A DNA stretch of 64,000 bases from Leptonemataceae bacterium (GTDB lineage Bacteria > Spirochaetota > Leptospiria > Leptospirales > Leptonemataceae), in contig OZ245742.1 in NCBI GenBank assembly GCA_965227295.1, positions 2,464,001 to 2,528,000 of the forward strand. The letters run 5' to 3'. Both the position numbers and the translations under genes were made by a program. Shown one piece after another: positions 37,181 through 46,945 of the stretch. Numbering within the stretch: the stretch's first letter is position 1; each line of letters begins with the position of its first letter. A model generated the notes under the pieces. It searched no databases and was not told the DNA's origin. It was given only the letters and a program-made list of their open reading frames with translations.

Positions 37181-37914
37181 CCATGTCGAAGCCGGATCTC
37201 ACGCTAACCCTTTCGAAAATCATCTTAGTCATCTCCGGGCCGCTGTGCGGTGCGGCCTGTTCTTCGACGCCGGCCTGGATTCACGCGTTACCGGAGGGCG
37301 CGCCGTCCGCGAGCCTCGCCGTGCTGTCGGGCATCTGGGAGCGGCCGGTGAAGTCCCGCTACGGCGTGGGCAACGACGAGGCGCATTCCGTGGGCCGGGA
37401 GACGCTCGCGATCGACGCGAACACCGGCGGCATTTCCGGCCGCGGGCGCTACGAAAAACTGCACGTGTATCGGGAGCTCGTCGGCGGCATGCGGCGCACG
37501 CGTTTTTACCGGGAGACGGGCAGCCTGGAACGGCGCGGCGTGTGGGTGCTCACAAAACCGGAGGCGGCCTGGTTTTTCGAGGAGGAGACCGAGTCCGCGA
37601 TGCCGGCGTTAAACATCCAGATACCGAATGTTAGAAATCTTGCCGCGCAGGCCGAGGAGGCTTTCGCGCCCGGGGCGTTGCTCTTTCACTACGAGGCCCC
37701 ACGCGAGGATCCCGCTCCACACTACGAGAATCTGGAGCCGCTCCCCGCACGGCTTACGCCGCTCACGTACGATCACTTCGGCGTGTTGTACGAGCAGGGT
37801 TTGTATGAGGGCGCCGAGGATGCGTACGACGGGGCGTCCGAGAACTTTCGCAACGCGCTGATCGTGTGGAACGAGAAGCGGTTTCATTCGCATGGGTACT
37901 TGAAGAAGGATTGA
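37177..37914 (+). CDS. hypothetical lipoprotein
   Basis: GAAC-SS lipobox-like; GTGA overlap with the upstream gene. Confidence 0.65.
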   Translation: MTMSKPDLTLTLSKIILVISGPLCGAACSSTPAWIHALPEGAPSASLAVLSGIWERPVKSRYGVGNDEAHSVGRETLAIDANTGGISGRGRYEKLHVYRELVGGMRRTRFYRETGSLERRGVWVLTKPEAAWFFEEETESAMPALNIQIPNVRNLAAQAEEAFAPGALLFHYEAPREDPAPHYENLEPLPARLTPLTYDHFGVLYEQGLYEGAEDAYDGASENFRNALIVWNEKRFHSHGYLKKD

Positions 37915-37989
37915 CTCCGAGGACCGAGGTAGCGAGGTTTTTGGGAGTGCGAACCTGCCGGGATGGTTGGTTTGCGTATGAGTAACTCT

Positions 37990-38125
37990 GCTCTTGCGTG
38001 AGGGATGCGCAGGGTTGCGCGCAGCGCAATTCCGTAGTGAGCGAAGCGAACGCAGGAACGAGCGCGAATGCGCGAGCCCGGAGCAGCCCGACCCACCGCG
38101 CGAAGCGCGGAGGGGCACGCCCAAA
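37990..38125. repeat. intergenic palindromic repeat element
   Basis: Short nested hairpins with GAGCGAAGCGAAC, CCGCGCGAAGCGCGG and a terminal GGGGCACGCCCAA, between convergent genes. Confidence 0.5.
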
Positions 38126-38136
38126 GAAAGCGTACC

Positions 38137-39234
38137 TTATTTTCTTCTTCGGCTTCTGCGCGGCTTCGATTCGCTGTCTCGCCAGTTCATCATCCAATCC
38201 AGCACGCGGTAATCCATCCATCTACGATCCGGGAAGAACGGGTGCTTCTTTGCGATCCAGCCGACGTGGCCGCCGTGGCGCGTCTCGTGGGCCGTGATGT
38301 GCGGTAAGGAATCCCACGGCGTTTCGTCCCAGCCCGCGGGATGGATGAGCGGATCGTCCCGGGCGTGCAGGACCAAACCGGGCACGTCGATGTTCGCGAT
38401 GTAGTGCCGCGCACTGGCGTGCATGTAGTATTCGATGGCGCCGCGGTAACCCCCGGCCGGCGCGACGAAGCGATGATCGAAGTCGAAGAACGATTCGATC
38501 TCGGCCAGCTCGCGTTCTAACGGCAGTTCCGAGGTGTGCGGAAATTTTCCCAGGCGCGCACGATTTTTGATGTCCGTTAAGAAGCTGCGGCGATACAGGC
38601 GGCACTGCGGCGCGTCGAGCAGCTCACACGAGCGATACAAATCCAGCGGCGGGCTGATGGCCACGAAGGCGTCGGCCGGCGGCCGCGCGCGTCGGCGTTT
38701 GCGCGAGCCGCCCCAGAGCAAACGCTGGCGATTGCGTTCTTCATCGTCCTCGCCGAGCAGTTTCAACGTAAGGTTCGCGCCGAGGGATATGCCCATCATC
38801 ACCACGCGTTCGGCGACGTGTTTGCGCGCGTAATCGCAGACGGTTTCCAGATCGATGGTGAGCCCGGCGTTGTAGGCGTGACCGGCCAGGTGCAGACCGC
38901 GGCCGCACGTGCGCAGGTTCATGCGGACCACGTGAAAGCCGGCGTTCAGTAACTTGCGCGAGAGCTGCATGTTGTAGGTGGAATCGGCGTCGCCCTCCAG
39001 GCCGTGGACGAGTACGCAGACCGGCGCGTCGTGATGGGCGCGATCGGTGAAGCGATGGATGGAGACGAGCAGGCGATCGCCGGTGCCGTCCTGGGTCGGC
39101 AGAATCGCCGTTTCGTGCAGCAGGCCCACGTGCCGGATACGCCGGCCCGGCAGGCGCGGCAGAAAGTACCCGGCCAGGGTCTGGGCGTGGTTGTTGCGCA
39201 GAAAAGGAGCCGGCTGGAACGGGATCAGGGACAT
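38137..39234 (-). CDS. YheT family alpha/beta hydrolase
   Basis: NNHAQTL, VHGLEG, GISLG, HARDDP, GGHVGW. Confidence 0.9.
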   Translation of the reverse strand: MSLIPFQPAPFLRNNHAQTLAGYFLPRLPGRRIRHVGLLHETAILPTQDGTGDRLLVSIHRFTDRAHHDAPVCVLVHGLEGDADSTYNMQLSRKLLNAGFHVVRMNLRTCGRGLHLAGHAYNAGLTIDLETVCDYARKHVAERVVMMGISLGANLTLKLLGEDDEERNRQRLLWGGSRKRRRARPPADAFVAISPPLDLYRSCELLDAPQCRLYRRSFLTDIKNRARLGKFPHTSELPLERELAEIESFFDFDHRFVAPAGGYRGAIEYYMHASARHYIANIDVPGLVLHARDDPLIHPAGWDETPWDSLPHITAHETRHGGHVGWIAKKHPFFPDRRWMDYRVLDWMMNWRDSESKPRRSRRRK

Positions 39235-39327
39235 CGTGACTTGTAGGAACTCTTACGTGCAGAACGTCCGGCCGTGCGACAAGTAGAAATCGGCTGACAG
39301 CGCATCCGCGACGGCCAGTGTGGATGT

Positions 39328-40131
39328 GTGGAAGATCCGCTGATCATTGCCGGGCGCGCGTTTCGCTCGCGGCTCTTCGTCGGCACGGGTAAGTTCTCGT
39401 CGTCGGCAAAGATGCGCGCCGCGGTGGACGCGTCGGAGTCGGAGATGGTGACCGTGGCGCTGCGACGCATCGAACTCAAGGGCGATGTCAAAGACCAGGA
39501 CATGATCGCCGCCCTGGATCTTTCAAAGATCCAGCTCCTGCCCAACACCAGCGGCGCCCGGGACGCCGCCGAGGCCGTGCGCCTGGCAAAGTTGGCCCGG
39601 GAACTGGGCGGTGGGAACTGGGTCAAACTCGAGGTGACACCGGATCCGCGTTATCTTTTGCCCGATCCGGTGGAGACCCTGCGCGCCGCCGAAGAACTTG
39701 TGAACAACGGCTTCATCGTCCTCCCATACATGCACGCCGATCCCGTGCTCGCTCTGCGTTTGCAAGATGCCGGCTGTGCCACCGTGATGCCGCTCGGTTC
39801 GCCCATCGGTTCGAACCAGGGCATTCGTACGGCGGAGAGCATTCGGATCATCATTGAACAGGCGCGCGTGCCGGTGGTGGTGGATGCGGGCCTCGGTGCT
39901 CCTTCCCACGCGGCCGAGGCCATGGAGATGGGGGCGGATGCGGTGCTCGTAAACACCGCCCTGGCGATCGCCCGCGATCCTGCCCGCACGGCGCGGGCTT
40001 TCGCGCTCGCAGTCATTGCCGGGCGCGAGGCGTTTTTATACGGAGTCGACGGGGCCGGAGATCCGGGGCAGTGGAACCAGGCGCGGGCGTCCAGTCCGTT
40101 GACGGGGTTTCTGGATGAGGAGTCGCGGTAG
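39328..40131 (+). CDS. thiG: thiazole synthase
   Basis: [42 protein letters not shown]. Confidence 0.97.
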   Translation: MEDPLIIAGRAFRSRLFVGTGKFSSSAKMRAAVDASESEMVTVALRRIELKGDVKDQDMIAALDLSKIQLLPNTSGARDAAEAVRLAKLARELGGGNWVKLEVTPDPRYLLPDPVETLRAAEELVNNGFIVLPYMHADPVLALRLQDAGCATVMPLGSPIGSNQGIRTAESIRIIIEQARVPVVVDAGLGAPSHAAEAMEMGADAVLVNTALAIARDPARTARAFALAVIAGREAFLYGVDGAGDPGQWNQARASSPLTGFLDEESR

Positions 40132-40153
40132 GGCATCCTTTCGGAATTGTAAG

Positions 40154-41221
40154 ATGATTAAAAAAGTATTCGCGCTAACTTTTGCCGGCATTGCCTTTGT
40201 CGGAGCCACCTTCGTACTGTATGCGAACCGTGAGTTCACCGCGCCCATTCGCGGCGAACATGCCATCGCCCGGATGGACAGAGTGGAACTGGGCGGCCTG
40301 GAGCAGTTCGTGTTGATTCGCGGCGTGGACGTGCGCAATCCGTTGCTCCTGATCGTGCACGGCGGACCCGGCGCGGCCGAGACGCCGCTGGTGCGCGAGC
40401 ACCTGGCTTCTCTTGAGAAACACTTTACGGTCGTCAACTGGGATCAGCGCGGGGCGGGCAAATCCTACTCGCCGGACATCGATCCGAAAACCATGAACCG
40501 CGAGCAATTCGTCGCCGATGCGATCGAGTTGATTGAGCATCTTACGAAGCGCTTCGAGCGCGAGCGAGTGTATTTACTCGGCCACTCCTGGGGTTCGTTG
40601 ATCGGCGTGAGCGTGGCGCAAAAACGGCCGGACCTCCTGCACGCTTACATCGGCACGGGGCAGATCGCGCGCATGTCGGAAACGGAGCCGATGTCGTACC
40701 ACTGGACCCTGGCGCAGGCCCGGGAGCGGGGTGACGCGAGCGCCGTGGCCGAACTGGAAGCGATCGGCCCGCCGCCGTACGGCGACGAACCCGAGGACAT
40801 TCAGAAGCTTTTGACGCAGCGGCAGTATCTCTTCGGTTACGGCGGCAGCGTGCACGGTGTTACCAGCGTAACGGCGATCCTGCTGCCGCTCTTTTGGAAC
40901 GACGAGTACAATCTGGGCGAAAAACTCGCTTACGTCGATGCCATGATGTTTTCGACGCCGCTGCTCTGGCCGGAACTCCGCGACGCGGATTTGTTTCGTG
41001 AAGTTCCGGCGCTGGACGTGCCGGTGTACCTGGCCCAGGGTCGTCACGATCGTGTCGCCGATTCCGGCGTGGCGAAGCGCTGGTTCGATGCGTTGCGGGC
41101 GCCGCGCAAGGACTTTCAGTGGTTCGAACACTCGGCGCATTCCCCGGCTTTCGAGGAGCCCGAGGCGTTCACGCAGTGGATGGAGTCCTTAATTCAGGAC
41201 GGCCGTCACTTACGCGAATGA
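40154..41221 (+). CDS. alpha/beta hydrolase (proline iminopeptidase-like)
   Basis: HGGPG, WDQRGAGKS, GHSWG, SAHSP. Confidence 0.88.
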   Translation: MIKKVFALTFAGIAFVGATFVLYANREFTAPIRGEHAIARMDRVELGGLEQFVLIRGVDVRNPLLLIVHGGPGAAETPLVREHLASLEKHFTVVNWDQRGAGKSYSPDIDPKTMNREQFVADAIELIEHLTKRFERERVYLLGHSWGSLIGVSVAQKRPDLLHAYIGTGQIARMSETEPMSYHWTLAQARERGDASAVAELEAIGPPPYGDEPEDIQKLLTQRQYLFGYGGSVHGVTSVTAILLPLFWNDEYNLGEKLAYVDAMMFSTPLLWPELRDADLFREVPALDVPVYLAQGRHDRVADSGVAKRWFDALRAPRKDFQWFEHSAHSPAFEEPEAFTQWMESLIQDGRHLRE

Positions 41222-41261
41222 ATCTTGCTTTACAATCAGAAGCTGCGGTCGATCTTACAGC

Positions 41262-41861
41262 ATGCACCGTCCTGGTTTCATTGTAACACTGATTTTCATC
41301 GCGTGCGCCGTTCTGTTTTCACATTGCGGCGATGCCTCGCAAGAATCGGAACCGGAAATGGAAGGGCAAAGCGGCGACACCGTCGAAGCCGGCGCGTGCA
41401 ACGTCAACGCTTACGTCATCGATCCGGACCCGGCCGGTTTGAACGTACGTACGAAGCCGGAGAACGGGGACGTATTCCTGCAACTTCCGCCGGAGAGTCT
41501 GCTCACGGTGGTGGACGCGGAAGAAGGCTGGTTGCGCCTGGCCCGGGCGGAAAGCATCGAAGGCGATGTGCTTTACGATCAAACGAAAGATAAACGCCCG
41601 GCCTGGGCTTTTGCGAAGTTGATCGGAACCAGCACTCGTACGGAAATCAGCACCGAGTCGTTCGCCGGCGCGAAGATCTACGCCGAACCGAACATCAACG
41701 CAAAGATCCTGAGTCGCGCCCTTTCTGAAACCGGCGGTGAGTTGTTGGATTGCAGCGGCTCGTGGGTCAAAGTCCGCATCGGCGACGAACACGAGGACAC
41801 TGTCGAAGGCTGGCTGGCCCCGGACGGCCAGTGCCCCAATCCGGTGACGACCTGCCCGTAA
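41262..41861 (+). CDS. SH3 domain lipoprotein
   Basis: LFSHC lipobox; LNVR.KP..GW, W.KV..EGW SH3b-like repeats; terminal CPNPVTTCP. Confidence 0.7.
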   Translation: MHRPGFIVTLIFIACAVLFSHCGDASQESEPEMEGQSGDTVEAGACNVNAYVIDPDPAGLNVRTKPENGDVFLQLPPESLLTVVDAEEGWLRLARAESIEGDVLYDQTKDKRPAWAFAKLIGTSTRTEISTESFAGAKIYAEPNINAKILSRALSETGGELLDCSGSWVKVRIGDEHEDTVEGWLAPDGQCPNPVTTCP

Positions 41862-41900
41862 GCGCGTGCCGCCGCGGGGCGGCGTGCCTTCTTTGTAACT

Positions 41901-43058
41901 ATGAAAGATCCGATCACGCCGGGCGACTTCAGTGAATTTATGGCCGGTCAGGACTTCGCGTCGACAGCGCGCAGGATTGCAGGAGCACCGGAGGATGCCG
42001 AAGAAATCCGGGCGCGCGTGCGTGGTGTGCTCGCGCGGGCGGAGCAGGACGTCGAACCGGGGCCGGAGGATCTCGCGGCGTTGCTCTCGCCGGCGGCGGA
42101 TGCCTGTCTCGAAGAAATGGCCGTGACGGCGCAACGCATTACGCGCAAACGCTTCGGACGTACGGTGCAGATGTACGCGCCGATGTATCTTTCCAACCAC
42201 TGCTCGTCCACGTGCACGTACTGCGGCTTCAGTTTCGGTAACAAAGATGTGCGACGATTGACGCTCACGCCGGAGCAGGCCGTGGCGGAGGCGGATCTAT
42301 TACACGAGCGCGGAATCCGGCACATCCTGCTGCTCACCGGTGAGGCCTACAAAGAGACGCCCGTCGAATACTTAGAAGAAGTCTGCGCGCGCCTGGCGCC
42401 GAAGTTTCCGTCCATCAGCATCGAGGTGTATCCGTTGTTAGAAGACGACTACCGGCGGCTGCGCGAAAGCGGAGTGGACGGACTCGCGGTCTATCAGGAA
42501 ACCTACGACCCGTTAAGATACTCTGAGTTACATTTAGGCGGCATGAAGAAACGCATGAACTTTCGCCTGGACTGTCCGGACCGGGGCGGCCGGGCGGGGT
42601 TGCGCCGCATTGCCCTGGGAGCGCTCCTGGGTCTGAGCGATCCCGCGGCGGATGCGTACTTCGTAGCGTTGCATGCGCGGCATGTGCTCAAGCGTTACTG
42701 GCGGACCCAGGTGTCGCTTTCGTTGCCGCGGCTGCGGCCGGCCAGCGGTGTCGGAGAGTTGCCGGTAGTCGGCGACCGCGAGTACGCGCGCTACCTGTTC
42801 GCGCTGCGCATCTTTTTGCACGACGCCGGCCTGAATCTTTCGACGCGGGAACCGGCGCACCTGCGGGATCACCTGGCGGAGTTGTGCATCACACACATGA
42901 GCGCGGGGTCGAAGACGGAACCCGGCGGTTATTCCGGGGCGGAGAGCACGGAGCAGTTCGAGATCGAAGACCGGCGCAGTGTGGCGGAAATCCGCGCCAT
43001 GCTCGAAAGCCGTGACCTGGAGCCGGTGTTTACGGACTGGAGCCAGGTATTAAAGTAG
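41901..43058 (+). CDS. thiH: 2-iminoacetate synthase (radical SAM tyrosine lyase)
   Basis: PMYLSNHCSSTCTYCGF, YQETY, LSTRE, SAGSKTEPGGY, QFEIED.R. Confidence 0.95.
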   Translation: MKDPITPGDFSEFMAGQDFASTARRIAGAPEDAEEIRARVRGVLARAEQDVEPGPEDLAALLSPAADACLEEMAVTAQRITRKRFGRTVQMYAPMYLSNHCSSTCTYCGFSFGNKDVRRLTLTPEQAVAEADLLHERGIRHILLLTGEAYKETPVEYLEEVCARLAPKFPSISIEVYPLLEDDYRRLRESGVDGLAVYQETYDPLRYSELHLGGMKKRMNFRLDCPDRGGRAGLRRIALGALLGLSDPAADAYFVALHARHVLKRYWRTQVSLSLPRLRPASGVGELPVVGDREYARYLFALRIFLHDAGLNLSTREPAHLRDHLAELCITHMSAGSKTEPGGYSGAESTEQFEIEDRRSVAEIRAMLESRDLEPVFTDWSQVLK

Positions 43059-43075
43059 GTCCAGCGTAAGTTAGC

Positions 43076-43489
43076 ATGATTCTGCACCGCGTATCCGTAT
43101 CGGCGATCCTGTTTAACGAGGCCGGGCGCATTCTGTTGCTCTCCCCGGACGGGCGAGGGGAGTGGCAATGCGTCGCGGGCCGGTTGGAGGATGAGAGCGT
43201 GGACGACGGAATGCTGCGCGAGATTCGTGAGGAACTGGGGACGGTCTGCGAGGTACGCGTGGTGGACACCATTGACGCGCATACGTTCGAAGCGGGCGGT
43301 GAGCGTTATGTGTCGTTGTATTTCCTGGCGCGGTACGTCGGCGGCGACATCGTACCCGGCGACGATCTCAGGGGTTTCGGCTACGGCTGGTTTACGAAAG
43401 ACGAGGTCGCGCAGATGCAGGTGAGCCGGCCGGCGCAGCCGTACATCATTCACCGCGCGTTCGCGATGATGGCGAAGTACTTGAAATGA
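43076..43489 (+). CDS. NUDIX hydrolase
   Basis: GRLEDES....REIREELG nudix box. Confidence 0.85.
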   Translation: MILHRVSVSAILFNEAGRILLLSPDGRGEWQCVAGRLEDESVDDGMLREIREELGTVCEVRVVDTIDAHTFEAGGERYVSLYFLARYVGGDIVPGDDLRGFGYGWFTKDEVAQMQVSRPAQPYIIHRAFAMMAKYLK

Positions 43490-43995
43490 TGCAGCGCAAC
43501 CTCGGACCGCTTACGTATCTCTGGATGATCTTCATCGTGGCGTTCGCGAAGATCTCGTTGCCGCTGTACTTTTTCGTCGCCGGTTATCTCGGCGAAGCGA
43601 ACATGCCCGTGCTCATCTGGGCGCTGTTCGGAATCTTTGCGGTGCCCGGCATCGTATTATTGCTGCGCCGACCGCGCCAGGTTTTGTTCGTCGCCGCCGC
43701 GTTTGTTGTGGGCATTTTCGTGGCGTTGACACCGCTTTTCGAAACCCACGGGGAACGCATTCATCTGCTATTGTTCGGAGTGCTGGGCGTAATGATCAGC
43801 CGTGACCTTCGGGAGCGCGGTCCGTGGACGGCGTTGATCGTAGTTTTGATTGCGTGTACGTTAGTGGCGAGCATCGACGAGATCGTGCAGGCTTACACGC
43901 CGCGGAGGATGGGCCAGGCGAAGGACGTGCTGCTGGGCGTGCTCGGCGGGATCTGGGGTTGGTTGATGTGGCGGGCGTACGCGCGCCATGGATGA
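43486..43995 (+). CDS. VanZ family membrane protein
   Basis: ERIHLLLFG, DEIVQAYTPRR...DV. Confidence 0.8.
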   Translation: MMQRNLGPLTYLWMIFIVAFAKISLPLYFFVAGYLGEANMPVLIWALFGIFAVPGIVLLLRRPRQVLFVAAAFVVGIFVALTPLFETHGERIHLLLFGVLGVMISRDLRERGPWTALIVVLIACTLVASIDEIVQAYTPRRMGQAKDVLLGVLGGIWGWLMWRAYARHG

Positions 43996-44008
43996 TCGGT
44001 TGGAACAA

Positions 44009-44039
44009 CAAAAAAACCGGCGTTCCCGCCGGTTTTCTT
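44009..44039 (-). terminator. intrinsic terminator of lipase gene (possibly bidirectional)
   Basis: AAAAAAACCGGCG-TTCC-CGCCGGTTTT; a second 15-bp stem at 44049-44106. Confidence 0.75.
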
Positions 44040-44108
44040 AACGCACAAGCAAGAGGGGTGACCGGAGCGGGCGCTCTCCTCGCGCCCCGTAGGTCACCCC
44101 TCTTGCGG

Positions 44109-45047
44109 TTATTGGTTGTTCTTCGCGTTCTTCGCCATCGTGAGGAAGAAACCTTCCACATCGAACCAGGCCTGGCCGCTGTAGAGAGCGTTTACGATCT
44201 GCAGATGGTCGATGCCGCTGACGTAGAAGTTCCAGGAGGGCTCGCCTTTGTAGGTCCCCCACTTCGCGGATTGAACCGGAACGAGGCCGTCGTTGGAACC
44301 GCCGAGTCCTTTGACCAGGCCGCCGACGTAGCAGGCGGGTTGCAGTAAGAACATGAGCGGATGCTGGATCGGATCGGCCCAGGTCATGTGCGACGTCCAG
44401 CTGTAGTACTTCACACCCGAGGCGTTCGGGGTGTAGCTGTTGAACGCGTTCATGCCGTCGGTGGTCAGCGATTCCAGTGCGGACAGCGCATCCTGCTCGC
44501 CGCCGTAGACGAGGCCGGCGAGCGAGCCGAGAACGTCGGCGACGAAAGGCTCCAGCCAGTCCGGGATAACGCCTTTGACGATATCCGCGACGGGGCTGCC
44601 GCGGTGCGGCGAGCTGATGGTGGTCAGCGTGGATACCTTCGACTTCATGCCCAGATTCGAGGTCATGTACCGGGAGTCGAGGCCGCCCTGGGAGTGACCG
44701 AAGACGTGGACTTTGGAGTAACCGTTGGCGGCCATCCAGTAATTGATCTTGTCTTTCAGTTGTTGTCCGCGCGCTTCGTTGGAAGCCGCCGCCGTTTTCG
44801 TCGGCGCGTAGACCGCTACGCCCTGGGAGCGTAGATAAGAGTCCATGCCGCCCCAGTATTCGGCGATGTTGATGATGCCGTTGGAGTCTTCGCCCCAGCC
44901 GAACAGGCCGTGGGACAGAACGATGGGGTAGCTGCCTTCGAGGGGCTTCGGTGAAGATCCGCCGCCGCCGGCGAACAGGGCGGACGTGGATCCGAGGAAA
45001 AAGATAGAAATAGCCGTGACGGCCGAGAAAAATCTCAGTCGCTTCAT
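44109..45047 (-). CDS. secreted triacylglycerol lipase (family I-like)
   Basis: Signal peptide, YPIVLSHG, GHSQG, SPHRGS, NDGLV, DH. Confidence 0.92.
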   Translation of the reverse strand: MKRLRFFSAVTAISIFFLGSTSALFAGGGGSSPKPLEGSYPIVLSHGLFGWGEDSNGIINIAEYWGGMDSYLRSQGVAVYAPTKTAAASNEARGQQLKDKINYWMAANGYSKVHVFGHSQGGLDSRYMTSNLGMKSKVSTLTTISSPHRGSPVADIVKGVIPDWLEPFVADVLGSLAGLVYGGEQDALSALESLTTDGMNAFNSYTPNASGVKYYSWTSHMTWADPIQHPLMFLLQPACYVGGLVKGLGGSNDGLVPVQSAKWGTYKGEPSWNFYVSGIDHLQIVNALYSGQAWFDVEGFFLTMAKNAKNNQ

Positions 45048-45219
45048 ATTGAACACTCTCCTAAAATTTGTGCGGACTTCGTCTCGCGCGAAGTCCTGTT
45101 TTCGATCGTTTATATTTTTTATATTTTAGAACGACCGTTCCGCCATCATGACATGTCGTCATTGATTTTGCAATCAATAATTTGGAGAACCCGGTGGCGG
45201 TGGCCGGCTCCGCCGGGGA

Positions 45220-46875
45220 ATGTCTCGACACCTGCCGCATTCCGTTTCACACGACGGGGTGCACGCGCTTCGCCTGGTTTCCCTGGTCCTCTTTCCTGTG
45301 GCGGCGTTGTTCGCCTTCCTGCGTTCGTTGCATTTCGACTTCGCCCGATCTTACGCCCTCTTTAACTCGGACGCGTTCTACCCGTACGCCTTCGCGCGGG
45401 ATTTGCTCGACGGCGCACGTATGAGCGGCTGGTCGGTGCCGCCGGCGCCGGCCTGGGTACCGGATTTGATCCTGGCTTTCTGGGGCGTAGCGTTGACGGA
45501 CGCGCTCGGCCTCTCTCCGTTCTATGCCATCTACATCACCGGCGCGCTGTCGGCCGCGCTGTTGGTGTTCGTTTACGTCGCGTTCTTCGCGGCCCTGCGA
45601 TCCGTAGAACCGACGGCGCCCGCTCCCGGGCCGGCCGCTCTGTGGCCCGCGGGTTGGATCTTTCTGGCCGGCGCGACGGTTTTCGACGGCTCGCTCTTTC
45701 CGTGGTTGCTCGTGCCGTCCTTTCATGTCGGGGCCTTCCTGTTCTGGCCGGTGCTCGGCGCGCTCTCTGTGCGGTTGCTGTCGCGGTTGGAGGACGGCGA
45801 GATCTTAAGTGCACGCGGGCGAATGTTACTGATTACGCTCGGACTGACGGGCTTCGCGGGTACGCTGTCGGATTTATTCTTTTTATTGTATGCCTGGTTG
45901 CCGCTCGCCCTGGCGGTGCCGCTGTGTTGGGGCGGTAAGCGCGGGTGGCGCGTGAGCCTGGCGTGGTTCGGCGGGGCGTTGCTCGTGGTCTTTGCGGCGC
46001 TCGTGTTCGAGAGCGTTTTCGTGGATCGGTGGCTGGTGCTGGCCCAGGCGCAACCGAACTTCAAGGGGGCCGTGTCCACGCGGGGTTTGCTCGCGTTCTT
46101 CGAGTACGTGAGTGCGTTCTTCGCCGGGGTGCCGCCCCATCTCGGTGTTCTCTTCGCCGCGGCGTGTCTGCTCGCGGGCCTCGTTGCCTGGCGCGGCTCC
46201 GGCGTCTTAAGATTCTTTGCGATGATGTTTGTCTTTCAGGCGGGGTTCGTACTCGCCGGCAGTTTTCTCGCGAACTATACCCGCGGCGTGGAGACGACGT
46301 TGTATCGTTATCTCGTGTATCTTTTTCCCGCGGCGTTATTCTTTTTATGGTACTGTGCGATCCATGCCTGGCGCTTCGTCGAACGGGCCGTGCCGGTACT
46401 GTGCGGCCTCGGGGCGGCGCTGGTGATCGTTCTGGAGTTATTCGTGCTGCCGCGGCCGGCCGGCGTAAGGCCCGCGCATCTTCAGTTAGCGCAGTGCCTG
46501 GACTCGAATCGTGAGCGCCTGGGCGCGACCGGTGACGCACCGGTCTACGGCCTCGCCGATTACTGGCAGGCGAAGAACGTGAGCTTCTTGAGCGAACGCG
46601 ACGTTCGACTGCGGCAGGTGACGTTCAATCTGGCGATTGCACACTGGAATTCGAACTTCTGGTGGTACGATTTACCGGACGGCGCGGGTTATACGTTTGT
46701 GTTACCGAAGGACCTCGATCGCGCCGGCCTGGCACGGGAATACGGCGAAGCGGTGGACACGTTTGATTGCGCGGGTTTTGAAGTGTTGGTGTATGATCGG
46801 ACGAACCGATTGTTCGAGACCTTTCCGAAACATTTGCTCGCCCCGTGGCTGCGGGCTACCGGGCGGGAGCGGTGA
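45220..46875 (+). CDS. polytopic membrane protein, possible GT-C glycosyltransferase
   Basis: About 12 TM segments; NSD in the first loop, RY motif, C-terminal soluble domain with ADYW. Confidence 0.55.
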   Translation: MSRHLPHSVSHDGVHALRLVSLVLFPVAALFAFLRSLHFDFARSYALFNSDAFYPYAFARDLLDGARMSGWSVPPAPAWVPDLILAFWGVALTDALGLSPFYAIYITGALSAALLVFVYVAFFAALRSVEPTAPAPGPAALWPAGWIFLAGATVFDGSLFPWLLVPSFHVGAFLFWPVLGALSVRLLSRLEDGEILSARGRMLLITLGLTGFAGTLSDLFFLLYAWLPLALAVPLCWGGKRGWRVSLAWFGGALLVVFAALVFESVFVDRWLVLAQAQPNFKGAVSTRGLLAFFEYVSAFFAGVPPHLGVLFAAACLLAGLVAWRGSGVLRFFAMMFVFQAGFVLAGSFLANYTRGVETTLYRYLVYLFPAALFFLWYCAIHAWRFVERAVPVLCGLGAALVIVLELFVLPRPAGVRPAHLQLAQCLDSNRERLGATGDAPVYGLADYWQAKNVSFLSERDVRLRQVTFNLAIAHWNSNFWWYDLPDGAGYTFVLPKDLDRAGLAREYGEAVDTFDCAGFEVLVYDRTNRLFETFPKHLLAPWLRATGRER

Positions 46876-46945
46876 GAGGTAGATCGTCGATGCGTTGGCG
46901 GCAATCACTTGACCGTCCTCCGGACTGTATCACACTTACTTTGCC

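Noticed and set aside
39235..39327. TPP riboswitch upstream of thiG
   Set aside because: No recognisable GCTGAGA plus downstream core, and the gap is under 100 nt
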